Both the position numbers and the translations under genes were made by a program. Below are positions 26,603 to 37,108 of a stretch of 64,000 bases of DNA, piece by piece. The stretch covers positions 1-64,000 of the forward strand of contig JAPETS010000045.1 in NCBI GenBank assembly GCA_026023565.1, given 5' to 3'. Every line of letters starts with the position of its first letter. The stretch's first letter is position 1. A model generated the notes under the pieces. The model did no database searches, was not told where the DNA came from, and was given only the letters and a program-made list of their open reading frames with translations. Origin of the DNA: Cirrosporium novae-zelandiae (taxonomy: Eukaryota).

Positions 26603-29337
26603 ATGTCACCCATTGAACTCTTCCAAATCGTAAATTATCTACGAGGTCGCCAGCTAGAGTCCGGACAGTTAATAGAATTTACAGAAACGGAGCTTTGTTT
26701 AGACAGCGAGCTTGCTAGGGGATTATGGGCTCGTGGGGATTGGATACGGTCGGAAACGCATGAAGATCTTACAAACTTGCAATACTTCTTGCAGCAGACA
26801 TGGTTGAACCAATACAAAAACTTCCGAAAAACACGCACCACCTCCCAAACAATATGTCCTTCACCACTACCTCAAGCCCCGAAGCATGGCCTAACCAAGA
26901 GACTTCCCACATTTAGCGAACAGTATTGGCCAGATGATGCTCCGAAAGTGGAACCTGGTTCTCAAGGTAAGTTCATAGACATTCTCTCGGGGAGATGTTA
27001 ATAATGAAGATGGGCCTACCACAGAATCAAATAACCCTTTGTGGAGTGCACCACCTAACATCATGGGCAAGTTTGGCCCCCCTCTCGGTTTCAGATTTCA
27101 GCTACAGCCTCCACCTGCGCTAGAAGGCAATGTACAACACCCAGCTAACATTGGCGGCTTATCTCAAGCTTCAATCCTGCCAACAACAATGAGCACCATA
27201 GGAACCGCGATTGGGATTCAGAACAAATTTAATTTTCCACCGACAGGTAAACCAACTACCATGGAATGGGCGGCTCGGGAAGGTCTAGGAGAAACAATTC
27301 AACTAGATGACCAGGAGGCATCAAACTGGCCGCTACGAAGACAACCCAATCCTAAGCTTATCAACCAAGCAAACCTTTTACACGGGCAAGATGAGCTCCT
27401 CCCTCGTCTCCCTAGAGATGATTATGAATTCGAGGAGTGCTTCAGTCAACTCAAACGGGATATGCAGACTTGGGCGGAGACATGGTTTTGCTGGTTCTAT
27501 ACAGGACCTGAGAACGAAAAATTTAAGCTATCAAAGGGCCATGACCCTCCGGAATGGTTGGGGCATCCGCAAAATTCCGAACTTTTGGAATATATTAATT
27601 GGATTGGCTACGGATATCCGGCTTGGAGGCTCTTTTTCGAGCATGGATATGCGAGACAGGCTCTTGTCTACGGGATCCTGGGTAAAGTTATTGAGGTTCA
27701 CGTTTTGAATCATCCAATGTTTGGAATGGAGCCAGCAGCTGTAGACCTCATAGAATCAGTTGATAAGACCCTCAAAAACAAAGATGGTATGGTTTATCTA
27801 CACTTAATATTGTTAGAAATACTAACGATACTCGCTTACAGGATTTGAGCGCACTTTTCTCCGCTCCCAGGCTGCTAATGCTTTATTTAGTGGCCAGGAA
27901 ATGCCTCCAAACTTTAGCCGTGAGGTTCACGAAGTAACTGTGAAGACATACACGATGTTCCTACCACTATTCCATTCTATGTACCCGCAGCATTGGACTT
28001 ATGCAGATGATCCCACAATCTATTCAGATGACCCGCTTCCGCCCCCTCCAGAAAAAGACGGCAACATTAGCCCTGCGGGTGTCCTCTATTATCACCCTGC
28101 GCTCCCTGGACTCTATAATATATTTACCTTAGCGGCAACTATATCCCTCGCCCTTCGTCTATCCCCAACACTTTATCATATTACACCAATCTCGAAACTT
28201 GCTGAATGGGATGCTGAAACAATGAATTGCATCAACACAAAAGGAATGGAGCTTTGTAACATGTCACGTGACCAAAATACGGTACCTCTTGTTAATATTT
28301 CCTGTTTTCCCCTTGTTGTTGCCTACCGGAAAGGAAATAGTCAGATGGACGAGAATAGCGATGAAGACGGCTACCGTTCTCGCCCCGTCTGCAAAGGCGA
28401 CGTCAGCCTCCGTTGGCTGAATCCAGCTATTCAGTTCAACGCTAATCACCCTGACCTAGTACTTCCACTCAAATCATATTTTAAGCATCCACAAAACCTG
28501 CACCGTCGGTCATCCCCTCAGAAAAGGAACCCCCTTAAGGCCGGCTCCGGTATGACGGAGAGGGAGACGGAGAAAATTGGGAGTGAAGGCAAAAGTGCTT
28601 CAGCATCTCAAGCTCGGCCGAGCAGATCACTGTTCGGGCGCGTATTCTCCGGTCAAGGGACAATAGAAGAAGTGGAGCAAGTTCTGTCCTGGGAATTTGC
28701 AGAAGTCCTTGAGGAGCTCGGTCTTTGGCTTGAAACACAAGATCCCACCCTCACAGCACCAGACTACTACAAAATGAATGACGGCAATCCAATATCGAAA
28801 CTGCTATGCAAGCACTTCAATCTCGCTGCTAGGGGCAATATTAGAGAATCAGTGCGCTACAAGCAATTTTTGCATCAACCGGCACATAAATCATTTTTAG
28901 CTTACGCAGCCACTATCAAAGACCGCGGGCTAGATATAGCATTCAAAGATCTGAATTCGAACCTCCCGGCGCCCTGGGCTGGACCTCCTCCCGCTCCAAC
29001 CTCACGGCCAAATGAAGAGGCTCAACCCTTCCTCTCACACTTCGACATCTCTTATCCCTTCGCTGGTGTCGGTTCTTTCGCCAACCATTTGAAGATCGAA
29101 GCTATGCCCACCGACGAATTATTTTCAGAAATATCTAGTTCGCTGAAAAAGAAACAACTTTCTAACATGACGCTGGATGATTACTTGAAAAGACATAATA
29201 TGAGCCCAGTGGCCGACCTAGTCCGCATATTTTGTGTACATCAGGGTCAGCAGGTTTTCAATGAAATCTTGAAGCATAAGGCCGTAGAGGTTTTGGACAA
29301 ATATGCTTCCGCGCTGAGAGCAAATTTAGAGCGTTAA
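26603..29337 (+). CDS. Hypothetical protein (~870 aa); introns ~26967-27024 and 27787-27841
   Basis: Three long ORFs are joined in frame by canonical GT-AG introns; no family recognised. Confidence 0.75.
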
Positions 29338-30077
29338 GGGGCATTTGATTACTAATTTTTACTCTTATCTGAAGATTTTTTTGCGGATATGAAAATGTTA
29401 GAACCTCATTTCAAATTTATCCCCTAACCAGCTTAAATATTTATATTACAATTGGGAAAAATTTAGGTAAAATAGTACATTTAGAAGGCTTCCAGGGCAC
29501 ACATTTAAAGTTACTCTAAGTGAAGCTTAAATGTTTAGCAGAAGTTACCGCTGACATTTTTTGGTACACATATAAAATAGCCAATCAGATTTCAACATAG
29601 GCAAATGGTCCAAGGCTTCCTCGAGTAAATAAATTGACCAGGCAAGGGAGTGCAGTCGACTAGACCAAGTCTCTGATTTCTCTAGCCCGACCAGACCGAC
29701 TCTCAGTAGGTCTATTCCTAATCCTAGTAGGGGATGTCTCTCCAGAGTTTGGAAGGACCTAATGCGAAACTGAAATTGAGTAAATATAGTGCACCTCATT
29801 TTTTACTTCTATCTCGATTGCTAGAAATGGAGTCTTAAGCATATCACTAGTTTGAAGCCTCTCATAAATTGAAAGCCAGTTGAATTAAACAAATCCTGGT
29901 TGCTTGAAGCAGCTCTTTTATCTCATTTTCTTCCCAATGCGAGATGTAGATCTAAGCTAGGCCAGTATAAAACACTAGTGCTGTAATAACAAGTATCTAG
30001 CAGGATTGGATTGCTGATCTTATGGATGATACAACTCCGGCATCCCATAAAATGGCCAACTACCTGGTCTGGTGCCA

Positions 30078-30939
30078 TTATGATGAAGCAAATTTATCAT
30101 GCTTGCCCTTGACACGAACATCTAGAATTGCTTCGTGATAGTTGCCTTCTCGACGTGCTCGCTTAAGACGTTTGACCTCATCATCTTCGAGACGACGCCC
30201 AACTGCCTCTTCGAGTTCCTTCCGACTAATTTTCTCACGCGCTTTATTCTCTTTATTAGCCTTGAGCTTTGGCTTAAAACGAGCTTGCATACGGATACGG
30301 AATGTTGTATTAAAGTTGAGGGCGTCCGCATCTCCTCGAAGCTCTGGAGGCTTGGCATTCTCGGTGACGCTGAGAAATTTATCTCTTTGGGTTTGGATGG
30401 AAAATGTTCCAGGGATTTCAGGCGAGAGAATACAAATGAAGGATTCTTCTGGAGAAACAGCTTCTCTCAGTGCGCTGACAATACCAAACTTATCGCAATT
30501 CAAGTATCTTGAAACCATTAGCACTTGAACGATGCAGGCTTTCATCAAAATCAACTAACCTCCCATGATGACCCTTGAAACTAAAATTTTCTGTCCCAGC
30601 AACCCGGTTGGCAATCCACACTTGCCTAACATCATGTGGTTCTGCTGTCGCTGGGTTTTCATCAATGAGGTTCTCAATTGCACTTGTGAAAACTTTCCCA
30701 GTTGCATCGCAAGCTATACATGTAGTAGGGGATGTGGGTAAAACAATAACAACCGGCCCACTAAGATCTGAGACAGCGTCAGCTGAAACCCAAGAGTTGT
30801 CGTCGTCGCCAGCTCCTTCATTTACTTGGGTATTCGTAGCAAGGTCATTCGAAATTGAAGCACTGGAGATCTCTGGAGTAACTGCGTGTTTGCGTTTCCT
30901 AGACTTTTTGTCGCCTTTGAAAGTGAGGGGCTTGACCAT
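30078..30939 (-). CDS. FRG1: FRG1-like (fascin/actin-crosslinking fold) protein; intron 30508-30559
   Basis: Starts MVKPLTFKGDKK. Contains EPHDVRQVW, FSFKGHHGRYLNCDKFG and LKRARREGNYHEAILDVRVKGKHDKFA. Confidence 0.9.
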
Positions 30940-31637
30940 GACCACTTATTGATACTGAATATATGATAAGGAGTCCAAGGGCTGTGACTGTTCACTCCAT
31001 TCCTAGGAGGGAAAGGTCGCCTATGTAACATATCTAAACTATGACCATAAGGCTGAAATTGAATGAAAGCTCTATGTCACATGATCATGAAGCTATACTT
31101 GATGGTACTAGTGCCGGTTTTGTTTCTACCGAGGCTCCAGTGACGACGTGCCTTACTATGCTCCTCGTATTAACCTCCGGGGATGTTGAGAAGTTCTATC
31201 GACTCTTGCTTCTCTTCTCCACAACCAAGCAAACCTAGTAAGCGATCTTCCTATAATGATATTACATGTATTCCCATAAGAGCTTGCAGGCACCTGTTTA
31301 TAATCATTCACCTTGGGCGAATTTTCTCCAGTTCTCCTGAGAGCATCTAGGCACATCAGTTAGCATCACCCCACTGGTGCTGTTTTGGCTCACGTAGATA
31401 ACGTACATATTGCTAACTTAGTCATTTCTCTAGGCTTCCTATGCCAGCCTTGAAATAGCAATCCCAGCATAATCGCAGTGGAAGATTCTATAATCTCTAG
31501 CCCAGCCTAGTTTAAGTCATTCAACCCTTCTTATTCACTTCTTCCTCGAACGTCCTTCACTTCTTTTCCCCTCCCAGAACTCGTCGCACAACTATATGTA
31601 TTTGAACTTCTAAGCCTTGGTTTCGCTAGACTTCAAA

Positions 31638-34036
31638 ATGGGTGGATTAGGCGGGAAGAATAAAGGCCAAAAAGGCAAGGGCCGAGAAACTCAACGTTCA
31701 CGAAGCCGAAATACTACTCCAAGTTCCAACCAGACCGTTCCTCCAGTGCCAACTACTTCTCAAACCACTGCATATCTAAAGACATCGATATCACATATTA
31801 TTGTGCCGTCCAACCTTTCATATGATAGCATCTTAGAAAAACATGGTCTTGGTAGTGGAAGTATTCCTGATCCGAAACATCTGGAGGCATTGACTGCAGA
31901 TCTGGAGACTATGCTCAAATTAGCAGAACAACGAGCGAACACCTGTAATACTGGAATGCGCGAGGCTTCCAACCAACGAAAAATGAGACAAGAAGAGCTC
32001 AGAGAGCTAGAGAAGTTAGACCGAGAAAATGCCGAGCGAGAGAAGCTGCAGAGAGAAGCGGAAGATGAGGAACAATCAAGGAAGGAGCGTAAAGCTGGGA
32101 AGGAGAAAAAGCGCAAGAACCGTGACCACGAAACCAAAGAAAGACCGTTAGCAGTGGGTGCACATACTCTTGCGCCTCAGGATGGGATGGATATAGACAG
32201 TAAAGGTGAGTTTAACTATATTTCATTTACCCTATGCCAGAGGAAGTCTCGCCTTTTCCTTCCACCCTACATCAGTCTTTCCATTTATCAAGCCGCGCCT
32301 TCCTAAATCGCCAAACCGTTTCTGGAAAACGTGCTGGAAGTTTAGGAAGTATTTGCTCCCTTTTACCACAGTCAACATGAGGGAAACGCCAGCGTGTGAG
32401 TATCTGGGCACTTGATTAAACACAACTACATTTCAAGCTACTTCTCTCATTATTATAATAGTAAAACGGCGGGTTAAAAATAACTATGCCCGTAATGATT
32501 TACTCAATACTACAAGCTTCGTTAAAGACAGTCAACTGACTTTCCAGGGTAGGCTCCGTCCAAAATATATCCAAGACATCAGCATCTTCTTCGCGAAGGA
32601 AGGCCAAAGCTGAAGATGCATCTGGCAGTACATCATCGCTCTCAACCCCCTCTCAGATGACACCTCCAGGAAATGCCCCTACTAAAGATGAAGATTCTGG
32701 TTCCGATGATGGCGCTGACCATCAACCACCCAGGACACAGCCTGAGGTACAGTACCGAACTTTTGGTGACGATCCTTCTAACTTCAAGGATGATACAATT
32801 TATGAAATCCTTCCGGTTAAAGATGGCATGACAGATGAAGAGCTACAGGATATTTACCAAGTCAAGAAGTTTCCTAAAAGCGATTTGAAACACCTCATTG
32901 CAGGTACTCCTCCTGATAAAGATTTCACCACTACCAAACCAACCAACCAAGTCAACCAAAACACATTTGCAACATACCTCGAACCTTATGTTCGGCCTCT
33001 TACGGAGGAAGACCTTGCTTTCTTAAAGGAGCGTGGTGATCGCACAGCCCCCTTTATCATGAATCGACGGGGAAAGAAACACTATAAGGACATATGGGCA
33101 GAAGAAGATGGACTTGTCGGATTTGATGCAGAAGGACAATCTCAAGACAAGAAGTTGCCTCCGAACCAAGCTCGGGGTGATATGGAACAGATGACAGATG
33201 ATATCGGAAAGACAGATCTAATATCCCCCGGGCCTACTCTCTCACGTCTTTTGTCTGCAATGCGATTCACCCACCATCCAGCGCCTGACTATGCACAATA
33301 TTTCTCTGGTGGCATAAATACAGAGGATGAGCCTAACAGCAACGCAAACGACACCGCAGACGGCGATCAAATGGATATTGATCATCCTCCCGTCAACAAC
33401 GATTCAAAATCCCTCCCCCCAGCAACTAAGTTCCCTGAAGCCGATCAGGCCACCTTTAAAGCTAACGGCCTCAAACTAGATTTCGAGCAGATGGAGAAAA
33501 GAGCCCGACATGAAATTCGCTATGCCGGTCTTTTCCCTCAGGACGGTGATCCCGACTATGACGCTCATTTTGATGACCCTATTGCTGAACGAATGCGTCT
33601 CCTCCAAGCTGAGCTCAAGAAACAGATGATTATCAATGGTGCAAGAAAGGCTCGAATTCTTGAATTAGCGAGAGATGAAATGTCGCTTTCAGAGTATACG
33701 CACATCTCCGATGACCTTGATAATCAAGTTAATGCTTCCTACCTCAAACGCACACGCACTCTCTCTAAGAACAAGAAACATGCAAAGAGACCAGGTGGTG
33801 CAGGAGGTGGAAGCCATTACGTGGGCGGTGCACAAGGGATCAGTCGTCCTGGTATTGGTGATCAGGCCAAGGTGCTGATGGACCGCCGCATAAGATGGAT
33901 GGATACTTTGAACCCAATCTTCAATGACATGAGGAGAGGTGTTCCAGGCGAAAATGAGGATATATTCAGCGAAGAAGTGCTGAAGCCGTACCTAAAGTCT
34001 GAGGAGGAGGCATTTGAAGAGGCACAAGGAGAGTGA
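31638..34036 (+). CDS. NGG1: SAGA/ADA complex subunit Ngg1/Ada3; intron 32206-32552
   Basis: Contains PPDKDFTTTKPTNQV, FATYLEPYVRPLTEEDLAFL, GKKHYKDIWAEED, DDPIAERMRLLQAEL and DDLDNQVNASYLKR. The intron restores the frame into ORF 32657. Confidence 0.9.
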
Positions 34037-34249
34037 ACTAGAAATTAGGGGAGTTGATAGTGGGAGATGGTCGGGCTGCATACGTGGATGGAGGAATTGA
34101 TACCAATGGAAAGGAAGGCGTTCAAAATGGGGGACTGGACGACTCGGAAATCAACCTGGCTAGGAACATTACTTGGAGTATTCTACAGGTCTTATGAGCT
34201 ATGATCCATAAAAGGATGCAACGCACGTTGGCACCTTCAATGGCCGTAA

Positions 34250-35010
34250 ACATTAGGGAAGAGAGATAGATCCTGGAAATAGGCATTGGAATGAATATAT
34301 AACCTCCCAACAGTCTAGTATACTGATAATCCTCCGTCAAATGAGGGATGCGGAGACATGCCTAACAGCTGCGGTGGTTCAACCCAATAGCGAGAATTAT
34401 TATTGACCTAGCAGGTCCTTGGGGGGGGAGGGGAAGCACCTCTTCCCGTGACAACGCCGAAGAAGAGGCGTTATCGGGTGGTCAAATTTATTAATTTTCA
34501 GCTGTAGTCAATCTATCTATTGCTACTTCAGAGGGACCTTCCCTTCCCTTCCCTTCCCACGACCACGCCGAAAGATGGCTAGGGTGACACTGGTGGGGGG
34601 CCAAGGGAAAGCTTGCCAGTTAGCTGGGGCGGCTCGGGACTTACAACGCACCTTTTGGAGGCCTTTCCGGGGCTATTCTGCCCAGCCAGCACATTTCTCG
34701 CGGCATTTAGCATGATCGGCGCACCCCATTGCTTCAAATGCTGCTTGTAACCATACCCAAAAAGCGGCCTCTCGGTGCTGTTTTTAGGGGATGGGCTCGG
34801 CGTTACATCGCTTTGTTTGCTAGCCGTGCACCCTGCGGCTTCATTTCGCGTAGGCACTGTAGGCTCTCTCATCCTCAAGGGTTAGAACTTAAGGCCCATA
34901 AACATGTCTTTGTGACAAGGCCTTCTTAAGAAATTTTGGTTTTATTCGGAAAAAGACATCTATTTGGTTCAAGGTCTTCTAGGTGCCACTTGGTGTTGCT
35001 TTCAAATGCC
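34250..35010. ncRNA. Candidate large structured non-coding RNA (identity and strand unresolved; + favoured)
   Basis: Dense nested inverted repeats with G-U-type pairs, long-range closing helices and an Sm-like AAATTTTGG at 34931; no credible ORF. See findings. Confidence 0.5.
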
Positions 35011-35305
35011 AGCTGCCCAGTGAATATTTTGTCTAGGGGTTTTTTTCCATAAGGCCCTAAAGGCTTGTGTGTACTTTCTACTCAACATGTTGCGGCCACC
35101 TAAGTCTAAGCCCTACTGCCAGTAAGAGCGGCGCGTAAAGAGCCCCCGTCAGTCGCCTGAGCACCCCTCACGCCCCTGCAAAAAATCAAACCCCAATTTC
35201 CATAACTACCGCTAAACCCCCCGCCCAACTCTTGCTTCTCCTTACCCGACTCCCCCCCAAAATCACACTTTGTCAACCCTCCCTCCTGTAAACATCACAA
35301 CAACC

Positions 35306-36572
35306 ATGGCGCGTCCGAAGAAAAGTGAAGAACCGGCGCAGCAACCAACTACCGCTGCGAAGGCGCCTGGAAGATCAATTCCTGTGGAGGACTTTATGCG
35401 ATCAAGGGATTCGGTAGGACATTATTATATTTTCCTTATGCCTGTGTATGGGCGCGGTCATGGTTGCTCGCGTTTTGCCGTGTCGCATGTTTTAAGACAA
35501 TATCACAAACCTCACCTACTTCTTTACCACACGCCTAATCTTAGTCCTATTAATAATTTACCACTTGGCCCTACATTATTTATTAATGTGTCAACCATTA
35601 TTTCACGACCAATGACTGATAGTTTTTCTAACAGGTCATTACTGGCCTAACGAACCTCCAAGGAGCTCTCCAGGAGCTTGTAAGAGCTTACCTCAACCAT
35701 ACCAACCAAATCCTTAGTAGCGATACTGATGTCTCAACGGGAGACCTTCTTACGCTCACCAACCCACTTGGAACCAACTCCCTCCTTGGAACCGGAGTCC
35801 TTGCAGCGGACCAAAAGAAAAAGAGGAAGCGCGCGCCTATTGATCCCCATGCACCTAAGAGAGCTCTTACTGCATATTTTCTGTATATGCAAGATGCACG
35901 AGCCAAAATCAGAGCCGACTTAGGTGACAAGGCAACTCCCCAGGAAGTTGCCGATGAGGGTACTAAAAGATGGAATGCGATGCCTTCAGAGGATAAGCAG
36001 GTCAGTAACTCATCGAATCAATCTATAACCCATAAGTCACTGCTTTACTGACACAATAGTAGGTATGGAGGGACAGGTACAAGACTAAATGGGCGGAGTA
36101 CCAGCACGCCTTAAAGGAATATAAGGCTGGTTTAAGTGAGGAAGGGAAAAAGTTGCAGCCTCCAGTTGACGATGATAAAAATGCCGACGAGCAATTACTA
36201 GCCGAGGCTCATGGACACCTAGACAATAGTGATGAGGAGGAGGAGGAAGAAGCAGAAGAGCAAGCGCAGGAAGAGGAAGAGGAAGAGGAAACTGAATCGG
36301 AGTCCGAAGAGGACAGCCCTCCTCCACCCTCTCCACCACCTGCTAAGCGTAGAAAGTCTGCTAAACAGGAGGCTGTCGAACCGGCAAAGCCCAAAGCTTC
36401 TAAGAATAGCAAAGCAACGAAGAAGGAGAAAATCACTGAAAAAACACCTGAGAAGAGATCAAAACGCAAGAGCCAGGTAATGGAAACTCCCAAGGAGCCT
36501 TCGCCGGTCAGAGAGGAGTCTAAGAAATCAGAAAAAAAAAGTCGAAGGAAGCGCAAGAGCCAAGTCGACTAG
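35306..36572 (+). CDS. HMG-box chromatin protein with acidic/basic tail (Hmo1-like architecture); introns 35414-35634 and 36001-36062
   Basis: KKKRKRAPIDPHAPKRALTAYFLYMQDAR...RWNAMPSEDKQVWRDRYKTKWAEYQ is an HMG box, followed by a Glu-rich then Lys-rich C-terminus. Confidence 0.9.
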
Positions 36573-37108
36573 AACCAGTCTCTAGCGGTTGATGTTCTTC
36601 TCAGTCCGTTTTCTTTTTTGGTGTGCTCATTCCCTCACTCTCTACAAGGGATTTCGGGTTTCGAGTCATGCTGGCAGCCGACGGTCCTCTCTAGGTAATG
36701 AGACGGCGTCGTACACAAATGTGGCTGACAGGTTGTATAAAAGTGTGAAGATGTACTCCGATTGGTTTTTTTTTTTCCGCGATAGCAAGCAACAATTGAA
36801 ATGGAAGTTCGTGGAGTTGATTTGATCTACAGACACTTATAATGGTGCACACCACACCCCACTAATTAATTATCCATTACTTAGGTAGCTACCACGTGCT
36901 AGCTTTGTAGACCCCGCAGTTCAAACTAATTAAAGCCTCGGGAATCTGGAAAAACACTGACATCCCTTCCTATATCTACACATTATACGAACATACATCT
37001 AATGCTTCAATTGGTAGTTATATTTCTCCCTTGGTTATTTTCAAAGAAGAAGAGATCCATATTTATAATATCTGACAGCAATCTGGTTAATTGGGCTTGT
37101 AAACAAAG

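Noticed and set aside
32355..32372. U5 loop-1-like CCTTTTACCA in the NGG1 intron
   Set aside because: It lacks the invariant GCCUUUUAC and the flanking stem and Sm context.
34579..34929. Short ORFs 34579-34878 (-) and 34729-34929 (+)
   Set aside because: Both start at TTG and have no recognisable protein features; the region is better explained as structured RNA.
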